From Acidobacteriota bacterium (GTDB taxonomy: Bacteria > Acidobacteriota > UBA890 > WLXD01): DNA of 64,000 nucleotides. The position numbers and the translations under genes were made by a program. The notes beneath the pieces are model-generated. The model did not search any database, was not told where the DNA came from, and saw only the letters and a program-made list of their open reading frames with translations. Numbering within the stretch: the stretch's first letter is position 1; each line of letters opens with the position of its first letter. Where the stretch lies: assembly GCA_963666055.2 (NCBI GenBank), contig CAXWPH010000003.1:32001-96000 (forward strand), written 5' to 3'. Shown piece after piece: positions 18,715 to 29,403 of this stretch.

Positions 18715-20829
18715 CTACTCGCCTGCCGTGGCTGTCTCAGGCTCGAGGTACTTGTCGTACCAGGCCAGGTAACGCCGGTGCAGGTCCTGGCGGTAGTAGG
18801 GCAGGTTGATGCCGTGGTGCATGTTCGGGTAGACAACGAGTAGCGCCTCGCGGCCCATGCTCTTGACTGCCTGATACATCATCTCGGCGTGAATGATGGG
18901 GACGTTCCAGTCCTCCTTGCCGCCCACCCACATGGTCGGTGTGGTGATCTTATCGACGTCGTTGTACGACGACAGCTTCTCGTAGATCGCCCGCGCCTCG
19001 GGTTCCCACGGGTTTCCAAACTCCAGCCGGTACCAGCGCTGATAGTGATCGTGCCCGTAGCTGCTGATCCAGTGTGCTCCGGAGGCACCGGCGATCGCGG
19101 CTTTGAAGCGTTGCGTCTGGGTGATGACGTAGTTGGTGAGGATGCCGCCGTAGGACCAGCCGCCGACGCCGAGTCGATCGGGGTCAGCCCAGCCGAGCTT
19201 GATGGCGTGGTCGACGCCGGCGATCACGTCCTGGGTGTCCTTGTCACCCCAGGACTGCCAGATCCCCATCTGGAAGGCTTTGCCGTAGCCCGACGAGCCG
19301 CGAGGGTTCGTGGTCACCACCAAGTAGCCGTTGGCGGCGAACAGCTGTGCCTCGTAGTTCCATCCGTAGGTGTACTGCGACACCGGGCCGCCGTGGATTC
19401 GCAGGATGGTCGGATAACGCACGCCCTCTTGGAAGTTCAGTGGCTTGAATATGAAGCCCTCGATCTCGGTTCCGTCGGCGCTCGGGAAGTGCACGTTCTC
19501 AACCTCGGCCAGATCGATCCCGGTCAGCATCTCGTCATTGTTGCGGGTGAGCTTGCGTAGATCGCCGCTGTCCTCGCGAAGGTAGAGATTGCCCGGCTCG
19601 TGCGGCCCGCTGATCAGCGCAACGATCGTGCCATCGTCAGAGATAGTCACTGCGTTGACGCTGCGCGGCCCATCGATGACCCGTATCACTTCGCCGCCCC
19701 GGGTGGAGATCATTGCCAGGTGACGCTCGCCGCTGTCGTCGACCTGGAAGTAGACGGAGTTTCCGTCGGCGCTGAACATCGGCCGGCGGCTACCCCGATC
19801 CAAGCCTTCGGTGAGGATCATCGCCTGTCCGCCGGGCTCGATTATCGCCACCTTGGCGACGTCATAGGGAGAGTGATCGATATCGGTCTCGGTGATGTGG
19901 GCGATTCGTGCGCCGTCCGGGCTCCAAGTGGGAGAGCCGTCCGAGCCGGGGTTCGTGGTGACCTGCGTCAGCCGGGCCCCCATGTCGGTGTTGCCGGCCT
20001 CGACCAGCCAGATGTTGGTGTCGAAGTTGCCATCGGCATCATCCGTACGGTTGCTGACGAAGGCGATCGTCTTGCCGTCGGGTGACCAGACAGGCTGGGA
20101 GTCGTCGTAGTCGCCCGAGGTGATCTGCACAATCTCCCTGCTACCCAGATCAAACGTGTAGAGGTGGTCTCGACGCCGATCCAGGTAGCCAACGTAGTCA
20201 CGCTTGAACTGCAGCCGGTCGACCACCCAGGGCTCGGGAATATCCGAGCCGTCCTTCGTCTTGGCGGCGGGATTCGTCTCCGGCGCCGGGTCCTTGATGC
20301 GCAGCGCCATCCGTCGACCGTCCGGTGCCCACTCGTAGCCCGAGACGCCTTCCTCGGCTTCGGTGAGCTGCACGGCCTCACCGCCAGAGGTCAGATCAAG
20401 CGCCCACACCTGCGTCTTGTCGCCGTCGCGCGCCGACAGGAAAGACAGCTGCCTCCCATCCGGGCTCCATCGCGGGCTCGAGGCGGAGCTTCCTTTCCCG
20501 GTCATCGGAATCGGTGCGCCACCGTCGCGATCGACGACCCAGATCCGCGTTTCCGAGCTGTTGGTGTCGTAATCCGTGGTCCCGACCGTATAGGCGACGC
20601 GCCTGCCGTCCGGGCTGATCTGAGGTGAGCCTACCCGCTCGATCAGGAACTGGTCGTCGATGGTGATTCCGGGCCGCTGCGGCGCCGAGCCGAGTCTGAC
20701 GGCCGGCGGAGCGCTGCCATCGGCTAGCGCTTGCGCCGAGCTAGCGGAGGGATGCACGGCGCTTGCGGCGATCCCGGCAACGAGTGTGGCGCAGATTGGT
20801 ACCGAGCGCAGGGCAGGTCGGGTCTTCAT
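18715..20829 (-). CDS. S9 family peptidase with PD40 propeller
   Basis: Signal peptide, WSPDG repeats, HGGP, GWSYGG nucleophile, catalytic D and H. Confidence 0.93.
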   Translation of the reverse strand: MKTRPALRSVPICATLVAGIAASAVHPSASSAQALADGSAPPAVRLGSAPQRPGITIDDQFLIERVGSPQISPDGRRVAYTVGTTDYDTNSSETRIWVVDRDGGAPIPMTGKGSSASSPRWSPDGRQLSFLSARDGDKTQVWALDLTSGGEAVQLTEAEEGVSGYEWAPDGRRMALRIKDPAPETNPAAKTKDGSDIPEPWVVDRLQFKRDYVGYLDRRRDHLYTFDLGSREIVQITSGDYDDSQPVWSPDGKTIAFVSNRTDDADGNFDTNIWLVEAGNTDMGARLTQVTTNPGSDGSPTWSPDGARIAHITETDIDHSPYDVAKVAIIEPGGQAMILTEGLDRGSRRPMFSADGNSVYFQVDDSGERHLAMISTRGGEVIRVIDGPRSVNAVTISDDGTIVALISGPHEPGNLYLREDSGDLRKLTRNNDEMLTGIDLAEVENVHFPSADGTEIEGFIFKPLNFQEGVRYPTILRIHGGPVSQYTYGWNYEAQLFAANGYLVVTTNPRGSSGYGKAFQMGIWQSWGDKDTQDVIAGVDHAIKLGWADPDRLGVGGWSYGGILTNYVITQTQRFKAAIAGASGAHWISSYGHDHYQRWYRLEFGNPWEPEARAIYEKLSSYNDVDKITTPTMWVGGKEDWNVPIIHAEMMYQAVKSMGREALLVVYPNMHHGINLPYYRQDLHRRYLAWYDKYLEPETATAGE

Positions 20830-21192
20830 CTCGGGGTTTCCTCCAATGGTGCCAGCATGTTCGATGGTCACAAGAGTTGCCGGCATTCGACCATAGGCGA
20901 CGGGATTTCTCAACGGATGCGGCGCTCGCTCAAGGGCCGCGGACGGCCGTCGGCAGGCTGGATCTGGCTCAGGCGCGCTGCGCTGCTGGCGACCCGTGGC
21001 TAGTTGTCGTACCTGCTTGGTGCCAGCCTGCCCCCGTTTCGGGACCTGGCCATCGTTGTCCGCAGAGAAACTGGCGAGATACCTGTTTCGGCAGCGGTAC
21101 CGCGCTCGATGTGCTGTTATCTATCTCTCGATATGTTCAACAGTGCCACACAGAGTTGTGATGGGCATGGATAGTAACGCGAGGAGCTGAAC

Positions 21193-22791
21193 TTGACGCC
21201 TACTCTCCAGAGCAACGCCGGCTCAGCCTACCTTGTCACGCTGCTGGTTATGGCCATTACCCTGGCCCTCGGGACGGCCCTGGTGACCGGCGGCGTCACC
21301 GAGCTCGACATCTCCGGCCACTACCGGAATCGGGCGACCGCTTACTATGCCGCGGATTCGGGCATCGAACAGACGGTCGTCGATCTCCTTGCCGACTCGA
21401 CCTGGATTGAGCAGGTCATCGAATCTGACCCTTGGGCGCTGGTCAACCCGTTCCCGTCGACGGTCACGTTCGACGGCATGACCTTGAACCTGCCGACCGA
21501 CGGCAACGGCGACGTGATTCCGGGGTACGTAGATCTGGGAAGCTCGCAGGGTATCGGCTACGGTGCGTTCACCCGCGAGATCTGGATGCCGCCGACGCTG
21601 ACCATGTCGGGCGCCGACTCGGTGCTCGCGTTTCGCACACGGTCGACCGGTAGCGGCGGCACCGGCGACCAGTCGACCCAGATCGTGCGCGCCGACATTA
21701 GGGCAAAGATGCGTGACCACGGCGTCTGGGACAATGCCATCTTCGCCGATACCGCTGCCGGGGGAGGCACCATCAACGGCCACGTTGCCATCCGCGGCTC
21801 GGTGCACATCGTCGGCGATGAATTATCTCCGCCGACGATCACACTGGGCGGCACCGGAGACATCCGCAACAACTACGGCGATGCGGTTTCGTGGTTCGGC
21901 GCCGCCGAGGCGGGCAAGCTACCGGCGCTGCCGACCGTGGATGTGAACGGCGTCAGCGTCGAGACGCTCAATGCCATTGTCCGCGCACGATACGCAGACG
22001 TCTCGCTCACCGGGACCGCCGATATTGGCGAGGCGAACGACGATGGCAACAACATCAAGGAGACCATCGACGCCGTGCACTCCGACGGCACGGTCGGGCC
22101 CGCATCGGACGTTCATTCGGACTACTGGGGAGCGTACGACACCGATGGCGTGGAGTTCCCGTTGCTGTCTGATCCCTACACCGACCCGGCGACGGGCACC
22201 CTGTGGGCGATCCACACGGACTTCCTGAACTCCAACTCGTTGACCATCACCGAGACCGAGATCTCGAAGAACATCGCCGCTTTCAGCCATTCCGACGGCA
22301 ACGGTAATTCGGTCTCCTGGGACCCGTCCACACTGACGCTGGACATCGAAGGTATCATCAAGGTCGACGGCTCGCTGCGCTTTGGCCGGCCAGGCGGCGC
22401 GCCCTCGCTGCGAGGCGTGAACTATCAAGGTACCGGTACCTTCTACACGACCAACGATATTCACGTCGAAGGATTCATGGTCCCGGTCAACAACTACGTA
22501 GTCGACGGTAATCTCGGGCTGATCGCCGCCGCCGACGTCATCATGAACGAGGCCTCGCAAATCAGCGTCTTCGCCGCCGTCTACGGACAGGACCAGATCA
22601 GGGTCACCAAGCAAACGGCAATCGCAGGTGCCCTGGTCTCGACAGGGTTCGACTTCGGCACGGACGTGCCGGGTGTGTTCCACGTGCCGTCGTTGAGCAC
22701 CAACCTGCCGCCGGGTATGCCTGGCGGAGGAAGGGTGACGTCGATCGACCGGATCGAGGTCGCCAACTGGTTCCAGGAGTCCGGCCAATGA
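21193..22791 (+). CDS. PilX N-terminal domain pilus assembly protein
   Basis: GSAYLVTLLVM hydrophobic N-terminus, AYYAADSGIE motif. Confidence 0.75.
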   Translation: MTPTLQSNAGSAYLVTLLVMAITLALGTALVTGGVTELDISGHYRNRATAYYAADSGIEQTVVDLLADSTWIEQVIESDPWALVNPFPSTVTFDGMTLNLPTDGNGDVIPGYVDLGSSQGIGYGAFTREIWMPPTLTMSGADSVLAFRTRSTGSGGTGDQSTQIVRADIRAKMRDHGVWDNAIFADTAAGGGTINGHVAIRGSVHIVGDELSPPTITLGGTGDIRNNYGDAVSWFGAAEAGKLPALPTVDVNGVSVETLNAIVRARYADVSLTGTADIGEANDDGNNIKETIDAVHSDGTVGPASDVHSDYWGAYDTDGVEFPLLSDPYTDPATGTLWAIHTDFLNSNSLTITETEISKNIAAFSHSDGNGNSVSWDPSTLTLDIEGIIKVDGSLRFGRPGGAPSLRGVNYQGTGTFYTTNDIHVEGFMVPVNNYVVDGNLGLIAAADVIMNEASQISVFAAVYGQDQIRVTKQTAIAGALVSTGFDFGTDVPGVFHVPSLSTNLPPGMPGGGRVTSIDRIEVANWFQESGQ

Positions 22792-23246
22792 GCACGGCGG
22801 AGCGTCGAATGATCTCGTCGCCCCTGCGAGGGTTGAGGACTTCCGCGGCCGACGAAGGTGGGTTGTCGCTGCTGGAGTTGACGATCTCCATGCTGCTCTT
22901 GCTCATGGTCTTGCTGTCGGTCGCCCAGCTGTTCTTGGCCGGCGCGGCAATCAACAAGGCCGCTGACGACATCACCCAGGTCACGACGCTGGCCAGCGAA
23001 AAGATCGAACAGCTGCGCCAGATTCCGTACAACAGCATCATTGCGGGCGGCTCGTTGCTTTCCGACGAGAGTGGGTTCTTCGACTCAGCGGACGTGGAGG
23101 ACGACGGTGATGTCGACTACACGCGTCGATGGGCAATCACCGATCAGGGAGACTACTTCGAGCTCGATGTCCGAGTTGTCGCGCAGATTGGAGCGATGGG
23201 CACAATCAAGGAGACCACCCTGACCGCCATTTCGGCTCCACGATGA
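22788..23246 (+). CDS. PilV-like minor pilin
   Basis: EGG/LSLLEL prepilin motif, LASEKIEQLR, YTRRW. Confidence 0.75.
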   Translation: MSTAERRMISSPLRGLRTSAADEGGLSLLELTISMLLLLMVLLSVAQLFLAGAAINKAADDITQVTTLASEKIEQLRQIPYNSIIAGGSLLSDESGFFDSADVEDDGDVDYTRRWAITDQGDYFELDVRVVAQIGAMGTIKETTLTAISAPR

Positions 23247-23253
23247 GCCCCTG

Positions 23254-23913
23254 ATGATCGTTCACGCTGATGATGCGGGTACCGGCTTGCTGGAGCTGCT
23301 CATTGCCGCCACGATTCTCACTCTGGTGGTGGGCGGAGTGTTGTCGATGCTCACCGGTAGCCAGAACCTGTTCGAGTCTCAGCAAGCCGACATGGGCATG
23401 AGACAGGAGGCCCGCGTGGCGCTCGACAAGATTGTTCGCGAGACGCGCGTCGCCGGGTACGACATAGGTACTGTTGCCGAGATCTTCAGCTTGGCCACCC
23501 CGTCCGCGCTGCAGTTTGCTGCCGACGTCGACGACGGTGACAGTGATCCGCCTTGCGCGGCCGGGTTCGAGAACGCCGTTGGCGGCGGCGCCGAGCGTCT
23601 CGGCTACGCGGTCGTTGGCACGCAGATCCTACGCAGCGTCGACTGCTGGGACGGAAGTTCCTGGACGCCGGAGATTACCAGTCAAGTCCTGGTGGCGAGC
23701 GTCACGAGCGGTCAAACCGTCTTCCGCTATTTCGATGAAACGGGCGCCGAGCTAATTCCTGGTGTCGGTGGGCTCGTCGCCGCTGATCGCAGCCGGATTC
23801 GCTCGGTTTCCATCCAGCTCGACCTGATCGACGATGCGGTTACACAACTGGTCGGCGATACGCACACCAACTACGAGCTCACCGCACAGGTGAAGGTCCA
23901 CAACGCCCAGTAG
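23254..23913 (+). CDS. PilW-like minor pilin
   Basis: AG/TGLLELLIA, ARVALDKIVRETRVAGY, FRYFD, IRSVSI. Confidence 0.75.
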   Translation: MIVHADDAGTGLLELLIAATILTLVVGGVLSMLTGSQNLFESQQADMGMRQEARVALDKIVRETRVAGYDIGTVAEIFSLATPSALQFAADVDDGDSDPPCAAGFENAVGGGAERLGYAVVGTQILRSVDCWDGSSWTPEITSQVLVASVTSGQTVFRYFDETGAELIPGVGGLVAADRSRIRSVSIQLDLIDDAVTQLVGDTHTNYELTAQVKVHNAQ

Positions 23914-23933
23914 GGCGAGTCAGGAGGACGCTC

Positions 23934-24416
23934 ATGCCACGATCTACAGACAATCGAAACCGCCGTCGCATTCGCAATTTTCTCGTCAGCCCGCGGGTGC
24001 AATATCGCTACGGACTGTAATTCTTTGGCGTCGCGGGCATTGCGGCGGTTCTGACGCAGCTCCTGCTGATCTATGCGTTCCAGCGGATCATGGGCCAGGC
24101 GATGCTCCATACCTCTATCGATCCTCTAGAGCTGGCCGCCGCAGTTGGACAGCCACTACGCAGCCTGGGGATCTGGATGGCCCTGCTGGTCCCGTTACTC
24201 GCTATGGTCTGCGGTGCTTTTGCGATCTGGCTGACGCACCGTTTCGTGGGTCCGCAGGTGGCGATTCAGCGCCATATCGAGCGCCTCAAGGCGGGCGACT
24301 ATGCCCACACATGCAACCTGCGCACTCACGACGAGCTCAAGGGGGTTGCCGGGGCGTTGAATGAGCTGACGGAGGCGCTGCGCCACCAAGATGAGCGCCA
24401 CGGAATCGCCGCATAG
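23934..24416 (+). pseudogene. Two-TM HAMP-domain membrane protein with in-frame TAA at 24018-24020
   Basis: AGGAGG RBS and ATG 23934: MPRSTDNRNRRRIRNFLVSPRVQYRYGL*FFGV... stays in frame with THRFVGP...LRTHDEL. Confidence 0.75.
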
Positions 24417-24442
24417 CCCTGTAGCGTGCAGGGCGCCCGGGA

Positions 24443-25111
24443 CTATTCCACGGCGATGAGCGCGAGCCCGACACCGCTCGCGTCAACGCCCACCTCTACA
24501 TCGAGCTCGACCACCGGGTCGCCGGCGACGTTCCACGCGGTCAGTTCGTAGGAGCCAAGCGGCACGTTCTCGATGCGAAACTCGCCGTCGTTGTTGGCGA
24601 CCGCAGCGTATGGGTGCGAGACGACGAGAATCAGCGCCATCATTGCGGGGTGGATGTCACAGCGCACCGTATAGGGACCCGGGTCAACGAAGATGTACTC
24701 GACGCTCTCGTCCATCAGCAAGTTGGTATTCACGACCACCGCGTGGGTCTCGGCGTGTGCCACGCGGACGTGATGGTCGACATCCTCGCTGTTGCGGAAG
24801 CGAACTGGCTGACCCTGCCGCGTAATCGACAGCGGAGGATCGAACGTGTAGCCGAACTGATCGATAAGCGTTACCGCTATCGGTGGTCGGGTGTCGTCGG
24901 CGGATCTTGGTTGTAGCGCTACCAGTGCGGGGCCGATTTGTTCCGGCAGGGTTGCTACGAGTACCTCGGCTCCGGTCATCGTCGTTACGAGAGCCTCGCC
25001 TGCCGCCGGGTCTGGCGCCTGATCTCCCCGGGCACACGACGCGAAGGCTATGCAGCAGGCGATCAGCAGCCCATAGGGCTGCAATACGGAGCGCTCCGCG
25101 CCGGCTGTCAT
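24443..25111 (-). CDS. Cupredoxin-like / carboxypeptidase-regulatory domain lipoprotein
   Basis: Lipobox FASC, HHV, CDIHPAM copper-type motif, GEFRIENVPLGSY. Confidence 0.78.
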   Translation of the reverse strand: MTAGAERSVLQPYGLLIACCIAFASCARGDQAPDPAAGEALVTTMTGAEVLVATLPEQIGPALVALQPRSADDTRPPIAVTLIDQFGYTFDPPLSITRQGQPVRFRNSEDVDHHVRVAHAETHAVVVNTNLLMDESVEYIFVDPGPYTVRCDIHPAMMALILVVSHPYAAVANNDGEFRIENVPLGSYELTAWNVAGDPVVELDVEVGVDASGVGLALIAVE

Positions 25112-25120
25112 GCCGCCAGT

Positions 25121-25774
25121 CTATCGGGCGGCGAGCTCGGCTGGGCAACTTACCCTTGCGCCGGGGGCGCGGTCCAGCAGCGGGCAAGGGTTGATTGGTC
25201 CGGCAAAGTCGTGCACCTCGAAATGCAGGTGGGGGATGCCGCCGCTCGCGTTCCCGGTGTTGCCGACGGTGCCGATCTGCTGCCCGCTCAGTACGTATTG
25301 CCCGGATCGCACGGCGCGCGAGTCGAGGTGGGTGAAGACGAACTGGATCCTTTCATTGATGTCCAGGAGCACAACGGTGTGGCCACCCCGGCCACCGTTG
25401 CGCGAGGTGATCACGCGCGCGTCGACCGGAGCGCGTACGAGGGTGCCGCGTGGTGCGCCGATATCGATGCCAGCATGGCGCCGCGCGCCGCCATCCCGCG
25501 GCCCACCGAAGTGGCTGAGGATGGTGTTATCCCGGATTGCTGCGACCGGCAGGTGCCATTCTCGAGAATCAGCCCTTTCAATGGCCGCAATAGTCGGCGG
25601 GGGCTCGTAGCACTCCGGCATGAACAGAGTCTCGTGGCCCGTCGCAGTGGGATTCGAGGTCGCAGTCAGGGTCGCAATCGGAGTTGCAGTCGGGCGACGG
25701 TTTGGACGAAGTGCCGCGCTATGAGCGCAGCCGATCGTCAGCAGGGCGGCCAGTGCCAGACACGAGCGTTTCAC
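25121..25774 (-). CDS. M23 metallopeptidase lipoprotein
   Basis: HAGIDI, THLD, VGNTGNA, PHLHFE; start uncertain. Confidence 0.88.
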   Translation of the reverse strand: MKRSCLALAALLTIGCAHSAALRPNRRPTATPIATLTATSNPTATGHETLFMPECYEPPPTIAAIERADSREWHLPVAAIRDNTILSHFGGPRDGGARRHAGIDIGAPRGTLVRAPVDARVITSRNGGRGGHTVVLLDINERIQFVFTHLDSRAVRSGQYVLSGQQIGTVGNTGNASGGIPHLHFEVHDFAGPINPCPLLDRAPGARVSCPAELAAR

Positions 25775-25979
25775 GTGACTCTGCGTGCATGGGGAGGCGC
25801 GCGTGGCTGGCTCAACCAACCAGGATCGAGTCTAGAGAGGCGAGACTAGCCAGGGCAACACTTTTCGGTCAGCTGGGGCCAAATAGAGCCTGCGCGCGGC
25901 AGAGCGCATCTTGTTGGCGGTCTCGGACGCCCACGCAAGCGGGTCGGAATCGCCGCGAATCGGGGTGCCGCGTGCGGCC

Positions 25980-26190
25980 CTACTCGAACTTCAGCGCCCG
26001 TACCGGGTCGACGCGAGTAGCTCGCAGCGCCGGCACCAGGCTGGCGACGCTGGCCACCAGCAGGAGCACCAGCGACGTGGCCCCGAAGGCGAACAGATCG
26101 GTGCCGCTGACGCCGTACAGCAAGTTGGCTAATCGCCGGCCCATGAGCGCGGCCATGCCGGCGCCGATTCCAGAGCCGGTCCATGCGTCA
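25980..26190 (-). pseudogene. Orphan 3' fragment of an ABC (FtsX/ADOP) permease
   Basis: ...LLYGVSGTDLFAFGATSLVLLLVASVASLVPALRATRVDPVRALKFE*; no upstream gene body. Confidence 0.8.
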
Positions 26191-26307
26191 ACCCCAGGGG
26201 GAGCATTCGGGCGAGGGGAGCTAGTCTACCCGTTTGCTTGACCTACAGGATCGTTTACGACATCCGATGAGGTCGCTGAGCGGACCGATCGCTGGCGGAA
26301 CGAGCTA

Positions 26308-27405
26308 TCAGTGTGTGTGGGTGTGGGCCGGTATTCCTTCGGTGTGCGCCGCCGCCAGGTGCTCCCTTAGCGGGTCACGCCCGAAGTCGCGGGCGAAGTT
26401 GCGCCACACCGTGTGTACATGGTTCGCGTCGTTCTGGGTGTTGTCGTACTCGACCACGAAGCTGGGGCCGTGGATGCGATAGTAGTGTGGCTCACCGGCC
26501 TCGATTCCACCGGCCCAGCCGAAGCGCAGCTCGTCGAGGCCCTCGGCACGGATTTCCGCCAGCTCGCTTGCCGCCAACGACGGTTCCAGTCGCGCCGCGT
26601 AGAGCTCGAGCAGCGCCCACAATGCTTGCTGCTGGGACTCCGTGAGCTGCTGGTAGCGAATCCCCAAAGCCGCGGGTCGCAAGGCCACCTTGGTGTTGCT
26701 CGTCAGGATGTCGTCGGGAGCCGTGGGGGAGAACACTGCCGTCCTCCGCGCTGCGGGGTCGAGGTGCTGAAGGAAAAGTCGCGCCCGGTCCTCTTCCTGC
26801 GCGAACGGACGCAGCCCGGAGTGCAGCCCCTCGCCCACGTAGGCCGGGTTGCCGCCGAAGAACGCCGGCGTCGTGCCGACGACCCGGCCATCGAGCAGCG
26901 TGAAGTTCACCGATAGGTGATGCCCCTCGAAGCGCCAGCCCCAGCGGCCGAGGCTGCCCGGTGCTCCGAACACCGTGAGCAGGTACATGCCGGGGTCGCG
27001 AAAGTCGGATTGCTCGGAGCGTTCGTACAGGACCTCCTCGAGCCGGATGATGTCCCTCGCCTTCTGCACGCCGAGCTCCCCGAGACCGGATGTGACCAGC
27101 TTCCAGGTGATCTCGCGCTCCGTCTCAGTCATCTCGCGCAGCGGAAACCCATTGCGGGGAACCGGAGTGTAGGCCCAGTTGAAGCGCTCCTGGTCCTCGA
27201 AGCCGGTCAGCGCCCAGTGCCGCCGCTCGCCTTCCGATGAGCTCAGCAGCGCGCGGGCAGCATCGCGCATTCCGGGATCGGCAGGAAACGATTCCTGCGC
27301 TCGTCCGCTGCTCGCGGCGAGCGTCAGCGCGACGACGACGGCGACTACCAGGGCGGTTACAGCGGGTCGACGGTGGGTGCGTCGGGCCAACGCTAATGCT
27401 CGCAT
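26308..27405 (-). CDS. DUF3500 protein
   Basis: WGWRFEGHHLSVNF, TPAFFGGNP, HYYRIHGP, NHVHTVWR. Confidence 0.9.
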   Translation of the reverse strand: MRALALARRTHRRPAVTALVVAVVVALTLAASSGRAQESFPADPGMRDAARALLSSSEGERRHWALTGFEDQERFNWAYTPVPRNGFPLREMTETEREITWKLVTSGLGELGVQKARDIIRLEEVLYERSEQSDFRDPGMYLLTVFGAPGSLGRWGWRFEGHHLSVNFTLLDGRVVGTTPAFFGGNPAYVGEGLHSGLRPFAQEEDRARLFLQHLDPAARRTAVFSPTAPDDILTSNTKVALRPAALGIRYQQLTESQQQALWALLELYAARLEPSLAASELAEIRAEGLDELRFGWAGGIEAGEPHYYRIHGPSFVVEYDNTQNDANHVHTVWRNFARDFGRDPLREHLAAAHTEGIPAHTHTH

Positions 27406-27580
27406 CTCGTGCTCCCTCGATTCAGAAGACCGGTAGCGGGGGCTCGTGCCGGCGAGATCGTATCGTAGCGCTGTGTCCCGTCTCCAGGGCTGGCGGGCAG
27501 TTTTACCTCATCGGGTCGCCGACGTGGATCAGTCGAGCATCGAGCGCGGCCACAATGGACGCCCTGTTGCCAGAGCGACG

Positions 27581-27830
27581 CTACTCGAGTGGCAACGCAT
27601 TCACCGGGTCCATCCTCGCTGCTCTGAGCGCCGGGATCAGGCTGGCGATCGCGGTGGTGGCGAGCAGCACCACCGCGACAACGATCCCCGTCGTCGGATC
27701 GACCGTCCCCAGGTTCTGCAGCACCGCGTTGAGCACGCGAACCAGCATGAAGATGAACGGGGCGCCGATGGCCACGCCTATGAGGCCCAGCGTGAATCCT
27801 TGGCGCGTGATCATGCGGACCATGTGGTGC
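27581..27830 (-). pseudogene. Second orphan 3' fragment of an ABC (FtsX/ADOP) permease
   Basis: VRMITRQGFTL...ASLIPALRAARMDPVNAL..*; begins right after the methyltransferase stop. Confidence 0.8.
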
Positions 27831-27842
27831 CGGCGGTTCCAA

Positions 27843-28505
27843 TCAGCGCTTCATCGCCAGCGTCAGCCCATCGCCGAGCGGCAGCATACTCAGATGGACG
27901 CGCTCATCGTCGCGCAGCTTGGCGTTCAGCGCTCGGATGGAAACCACCGCTTCGTCGGTATCGGTGGTGTCGATCACCGTGCCGCTCCAAAGAACGTTGT
28001 CGATGGCGATCAGGCCGCCCCGCCGCACGAGCACGAGCGCGCGCTCATAGTATGCGTCGTACTCGTTCTTGTCGGCGTCGATGAACGCCAGGTCGAACGA
28101 CTCTGTCTGACCGTCTTCGATCAGTCGATCCAGCGTCTCGACAGCCGGGCCGATGCGCAGGTCGATCTTGTCGGCGACGCCGGCCTGTCGCCAGTAGCGC
28201 CGGGCGACGGCGGTGTATTCCTCGCTGACGTCGCAGGCGATAATGCGCCCCTCCGGCGGCAAGGCCAGCGCCACCACTAGGGCGCTGTAGCCGGTGAACA
28301 CACCGATCTCGAGCGTCCGGCGAGCGCCCATCAGGTGCGCCAACAGGGCCATGAACTGACCCTGCTCGGGCGAGATCTGCATTACCGCCAGCGGGTGCGA
28401 TGCGGTCTCCTCACGAAGCTGTCGAAGGAGATCGTCCTCTCGCAGCGAGGCTCCGAGAAGGTAATCGTAAAGCTCGTCGGTCAGGGTAATGCTGCGATTC
28501 GACAC
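27843..28505 (-). CDS. Class I SAM-dependent O-methyltransferase (caffeoyl-CoA OMT-like)
   Basis: MQISPEQGQ, LEIGVFTGYS, FDLAFIDADK, DNVLWSG, GDGLTL. Confidence 0.93.
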   Translation of the reverse strand: MSNRSITLTDELYDYLLGASLREDDLLRQLREETASHPLAVMQISPEQGQFMALLAHLMGARRTLEIGVFTGYSALVVALALPPEGRIIACDVSEEYTAVARRYWRQAGVADKIDLRIGPAVETLDRLIEDGQTESFDLAFIDADKNEYDAYYERALVLVRRGGLIAIDNVLWSGTVIDTTDTDEAVVSIRALNAKLRDDERVHLSMLPLGDGLTLAMKR

Positions 28506-28672
28506 CGTCTCATGCCTCCATGGCAGTTGTTTCCATACACCACAGTACGTGGTTGCGCTTGTGGCCGACGGGATGATCAACTGAGCGTCCGGACTATACT
28601 CACCGCTTCCATGAGGGCGAGGGGGTCCGTGAACGAACTCCGGAGAGCTCGTCGGCGGCAAGGAGGTCACCA

Positions 28673-29389
28673 GTGGCGAAATCGGGCCGACTGCAGTTCA
28701 GGACCTGCTTCTGTGTCGCGCTCGCGCTGCTCATGCTGGCGGCGGGCCAGTTGAGCGCCGCCGAGGTGCAAGACCAGGATGGCGCCAACAGCGGAACGGA
28801 GGACGTCGTCGATTCGGAGGAGTATCGGGCCGGCGTCAGCGCGTTCAAAACTCGTGACTACGAGGCGGCGCTGGCGAAGTGGCAGGAGCTGTTGGCGGCA
28901 GATCCGGTCCCCAATGTGGTGCTGCTGCGGGTAGCCGAGGCCCACCGAGCATTGGGCAACAGCGCCGCGGAGGAGGTGGCGCTCAAGCGGGTCCTGAAGG
29001 CCGATCCCGACTCCAGGACCGCCAGCTTCATGCTGGCACAGAGCTACCTCCGGGCGGATCGCCAAGACGACGCCGAAGCGCTGTTCGAAAAGCTTCTTGC
29101 AGACGAGCCCGACAACGCCTTGCTGCATGTGGGGATTGGCGATACCTACATGAAGGAACGACGGCACGAGTCGGCACTGGCGTCCTACCGTCGAGCGCTG
29201 GCGATCGATCCGAATCTCGCTGTGGCGCAAAAGCAGGTCGGCTTCGCGCATGTCCAGGGCCGCGATCTTGCCGGTGCCGTCGCCGCGTTCGAGAGGTTCC
29301 TGGAGATGGAGCCGACCGACACCGACGATGCAGAGATCGTCCGGCGGCTTCTGGACGCGATCGAGGCGCAATTAGCGGCGCAACAGTGA
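28673..29389 (+). CDS. Secreted TPR protein
   Basis: AGGAGG RBS, signal peptide, several TPR repeats. Confidence 0.85.
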   Translation: MAKSGRLQFRTCFCVALALLMLAAGQLSAAEVQDQDGANSGTEDVVDSEEYRAGVSAFKTRDYEAALAKWQELLAADPVPNVVLLRVAEAHRALGNSAAEEVALKRVLKADPDSRTASFMLAQSYLRADRQDDAEALFEKLLADEPDNALLHVGIGDTYMKERRHESALASYRRALAIDPNLAVAQKQVGFAHVQGRDLAGAVAAFERFLEMEPTDTDDAEIVRRLLDAIEAQLAAQQ

Positions 29390-29403
29390 CGCGGCAGGCG
29401 AGC

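Noticed and set aside
28879-29403. N-terminal extension of the dehalogenase ORF (561 aa in the track)
   Set aside because: Overlaps the TPR gene out of frame and looks non-coding in composition; ATG 29404 is more plausible.
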